Shown: one piece after another, positions 15,551 to 18,270 of the stretch
How positions within the stretch are numbered: position 1 is the first letter of the stretch
Layout: each line of letters starts with the position of its first letter
Assembly (NCBI GenBank): GCA_050253335.1
Contig: JBFWJG010000046.1
Span: 1-18,270, forward strand
Direction: 5' to 3'
DNA from: Deferribacterales bacterium
GTDB taxonomy: Bacteria; Chrysiogenota; Deferribacteres; Deferribacterales; Geovibrionaceae
DNA: 18,270 bases
Notes under the pieces: model-generated
What the model was told of the DNA's origin: nothing
Databases searched by the model: none
Seen by the model: only the letters and a program-made list of their open reading frames with translations
Program-made: the position numbers and the translations under genes

Positions 15551-18090
15551 TTTATCTGATTAAGCTCGAAGCGCTCCTTTATAAACTTGTGCCTTGGCAG
15601 AACAGCAAAAGCGACCTTCATTTTGCCCGCTTTTTTCAGCTTTGTTTTGGTTGAATAGCTGTAAACACCGTTTTCAGCGCTTTTGAACTCAAGCTCCACA
15701 AACTCAGGGTCTTTGAACTCGCCGCTTGCCCCGTCAAACTCGACAATAGCGCAGACGGAAAGATTTTCAGGCCTGATGGCATCCGTCCGCACATCCGCGC
15801 TGAATGTCACTCCGGACTCCATTTTGAGGTCTTCCGCCTCAACTTTTGTATCAACAAACTGCACATTGTCCCAGCTCTGGATTATGCTGTCCTTCCAGAG
15901 AACATACTCTTTCGCTTCCTCATGCTTGTTGGCACGGAAGGCGGAGTTAAGCTCGTGAACGGGAACGTAATACTGATTAGTGTAGTCCATAACCATTCTT
16001 GAGGTGTTGAAGAAAGCGGCGCAGGTTTTGATCGCCTGCTTCATCATCCTTGTCCATTCGCGGGGAACGCCTGCTCTGTCTCTGGTGTAGAAGAGCGGTA
16101 TTATCTCGTTCTCAAGCTTGTCGTAAAGCTCCATGCTCTCGACATGATCCTGATAGGTTTCCTTCTCGTATTCCTCGCCTGCGCCGATTGCCCAGCCGTT
16201 TTCGCCGTTGTAGCCTTCGTCCCACCATCCGTCAAGAATGGAGAGGTTAAGCCCGCCGTTGGCGGCTATCTTCATTCCGCTTGTGCCGGAGGCTTCCATT
16301 GGGCGTTTAGGCGTGTTCAGCCATATATCCACGCCCTGAGCGAGGTATTTCGCCACTTCAATGTCATAATCCTCTATAAAAACAACCTTGTCCCTGAACA
16401 TCGGCTTGCGGCAGATGTGGAAAATCTTTTTGATAATCTCCTTGCCGCCGTTGTCTTTGGGGTGTGCTTTGCCCGCTATTATTATCTGCACAGGGCGGTC
16501 GGCGTTGTTCAGTATCTGGTGGAGCCTCTGCTCGTCCATGAAGAGCAGATAGCCTCTTTTGTAAGTGGCGAACCTTCTGGCGAAGCCTATTGTGAGGTAA
16601 TCGGGGTTGAGAACCTCGTCCGCCTTCACAAGCTCGCCCGATGTGCCTCCGCGCTGGAGAATCTGGCTTTTCAGGTGTTTTCTGGCAAATGCGATGAGCT
16701 TTTCCCTCTGCCTCTGTTTGGCTTTGAAGAGAGCGGCATCGGGGATGTTCTCCGCCTTGCTCCAGATTGTGAAGTCATAAGGCTTGTAGTACCAGTTTTC
16801 GCCTATATATCTGTTGTATATGGTTTTAAACTCTTCGGATATGAATGTGGGCAAATGAACGCCGTTTGTCACATGCCCCACGGGTATGGAGTTTTCAAGA
16901 GCGTTCGGCCAGATGTTTTTGAACATCTTTCTGGAAACTTCGCCGTGCAGACGGCTCACGCCGTTTCTGTATGTGCTGAGCTTTATCCCGCATACAGCCA
17001 TGGCGAAGCCTTCGCTCTCGTCAAAGGGGTTTACCCTGCCGAAGCCCATAAGCTGATTTATATTCAGCACGCAGTTTTCAAAAAGCGGGCCGAGAAAACG
17101 CTTAACCTGATCTGTTCCGAAAATATCAAACCCTGCGGGAACAGGAGTGTGGGTGGTGAAGATGGTGCTTTTGCGGACAACTTCAACAGCGGTGCGGAAC
17201 TCCATTCCTTCTGAAACATAGTTTCTTATGCGTTCAAGGTTCACAAAAGACGGGTGTCCTTCGTTTATGTGATAAACCGTGGGTTTTCTGCCCATGGCGC
17301 GGATCGCCCTGTAGCCCGCTATACCGAGGATTATCTCCTGCTTGAGGCGCATGTTCGAGTCGCCTCCGTAGAGCTGGCCTGTTATCTGCCTGTCTTCTTT
17401 GGAGTTTCCTTCAACATCAGTATCAAGGAGGATAAGCTCTATCCTGCCCACCGCCATGCGCCAGACATTGACCTTAACATTGCGGTTCTCCACCATGACC
17501 TCAACGCAGACTTCCTGACCTTCGGGGTTAAGGGCACGGCGCATCGGCATGTTGTAAAACTCGTTGTAGGGGTAATATTCCTGCTGCCAGCCGTCGGAGT
17601 TAAGATACTGATGGAAATAGCCGTTTCTGTAGAGCAGGCCTATTGCGGAAAAGGGTATGCCCACATCGCTGGCGGATTTGCAGTGGTCTCCGGAGAGAAC
17701 ACCGAGACCGCCGGAATAGAGCTTAACGGATTCGTGTATTCCGTATTCCGCTGAGAAGTAGGCGACATGCATCTTTTCTTCGACTTTTTTTGCATGTTCA
17801 AGCTCAAACCAGCGGGGAAGCGTCATGTATTCTTCAAACTGCTTATGCACAGCCTCAAGGCGGGACATAAACACAGGGTCTTTCATCAGTTTTTCGTAGC
17901 TTTCCTTTGTCAGACTGCCGATAACGGCAACAGGATTGTGGCGGGATTTTTCCCATGAAGCGGGGCTTATGCTTCTGAAAAGCTCAAGCGCGTCATCATT
18001 CCAGCACCACCAGAGATTATATGCAATATCCTCAAGGGCTTTCAGCTCGTTCGGCAGGTCCGGCCTTACATTATATTCGGAAATCCTCAT
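15541..18090 (-). CDS. glgP: Alpha-glucan (glycogen) phosphorylase
   Basis: 849 aa with motifs AYFSAEYG, YSGGLGVLSGD, HINEGH, FTTHTPVPAG, TNGVH, FARRFATYKR and EASGTSGMK (PLP lysine); AGGGGG RBS. Confidence 0.97.
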   Translation of the reverse strand: MRISEYNVRPDLPNELKALEDIAYNLWWCWNDDALELFRSISPASWEKSRHNPVAVIGSLTKESYEKLMKDPVFMSRLEAVHKQFEEYMTLPRWFELEHAKKVEEKMHVAYFSAEYGIHESVKLYSGGLGVLSGDHCKSASDVGIPFSAIGLLYRNGYFHQYLNSDGWQQEYYPYNEFYNMPMRRALNPEGQEVCVEVMVENRNVKVNVWRMAVGRIELILLDTDVEGNSKEDRQITGQLYGGDSNMRLKQEIILGIAGYRAIRAMGRKPTVYHINEGHPSFVNLERIRNYVSEGMEFRTAVEVVRKSTIFTTHTPVPAGFDIFGTDQVKRFLGPLFENCVLNINQLMGFGRVNPFDESEGFAMAVCGIKLSTYRNGVSRLHGEVSRKMFKNIWPNALENSIPVGHVTNGVHLPTFISEEFKTIYNRYIGENWYYKPYDFTIWSKAENIPDAALFKAKQRQREKLIAFARKHLKSQILQRGGTSGELVKADEVLNPDYLTIGFARRFATYKRGYLLFMDEQRLHQILNNADRPVQIIIAGKAHPKDNGGKEIIKKIFHICRKPMFRDKVVFIEDYDIEVAKYLAQGVDIWLNTPKRPMEASGTSGMKIAANGGLNLSILDGWWDEGYNGENGWAIGAGEEYEKETYQDHVESMELYDKLENEIIPLFYTRDRAGVPREWTRMMKQAIKTCAAFFNTSRMVMDYTNQYYVPVHELNSAFRANKHEEAKEYVLWKDSIIQSWDNVQFVDTKVEAEDLKMESGVTFSADVRTDAIRPENLSVCAIVEFDGASGEFKDPEFVELEFKSAENGVYSYSTKTKLKKAGKMKVAFAVLPRHKFIKERFELNQIKWA

Positions 18091-18106
18091 ATTCTACCCC
18101 CTGAAA

Positions 18107-18149
18107 ATTATATAGAAAAAATTATATGTGAATCAAGTATACTTGTAAA
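18107..18149 (-). promoter_or_regulatory. Sigma70-type promoter(s) for glgP with an overlapping palindrome
   Basis: The minus strand has TTTACA (18149-18144)-N17-TATAAT (18126-18121), and a second candidate TTGATT (18136-18131)-N18-TATAAT (18112-18107). A perfect palindrome CAAGTATACTTG sits at 18134-18145. Confidence 0.65.
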
Positions 18150-18270
18150 AACGATTTTTTTCATGCGGTTTTTGGGGTGGGAGTGCGGATTTAACAGTTT
18201 ACCTGTAATGAGTCCGGAGTCTTATGATCTTAACCGATTTTCATTCTCCAAAACCTGATAAACATGGCGG

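Noticed and set aside
16144..17754. 356-aa and 166-aa plus-strand ORFs
   Set aside because: Both are antisense to the highly conserved glgP and show no motifs.
18170..18270. GGGGTGGGAGTGCGGATTT segment as a tRNA/tmRNA end, or the 3' end of an upstream gene
   Set aside because: No cloverleaf or T-loop consensus could be built. Two minus-strand frames (…AMFIRFWRMKIG* and …RHVYQVLENENRLRS*) could be a gene tail, but too little sequence is visible to call.

Overview
This is a gene-dense bacterial chromosomal window with every credible gene on the minus strand. Gene content and protein style suggest an anaerobe, possibly Deferribacterota (inference only). In transcription order, from right to left: (1) glgP, a PaaI thioesterase and a macrodomain gene, bracketed by a clear sigma70-like promoter and an intrinsic terminator; (2) an MFS transporter; (3) a ~400-bp intergenic region packed with palindromic REP/MITE-like repeats; (4) a BI-1/YccA membrane protein, pgeF, yggS and yggT; (5) a long, tightly coupled run of PIN/TRAM, ispD, C45 Ntn-hydrolase/TPR, M50 protease, trpS, scpA, scpB, rluB-like, queD, queE and a large TPR/acidic protein. 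That last protein runs off the left edge and is missing from the ORF track. I found no rRNA, tRNA, CRISPR array, transposase or phage gene. The window is mostly housekeeping and I cannot demonstrate a new system. The best leads are the composite structured repeat at 12862-13098, the C45-TPR gene coupled to ispD, the FimV/HubP-like TPR-acidic protein, the glgP-thioesterase-macrodomain operon, an apparently three-repeat YggT, and a terminator-like hairpin just before the start of the long operon.
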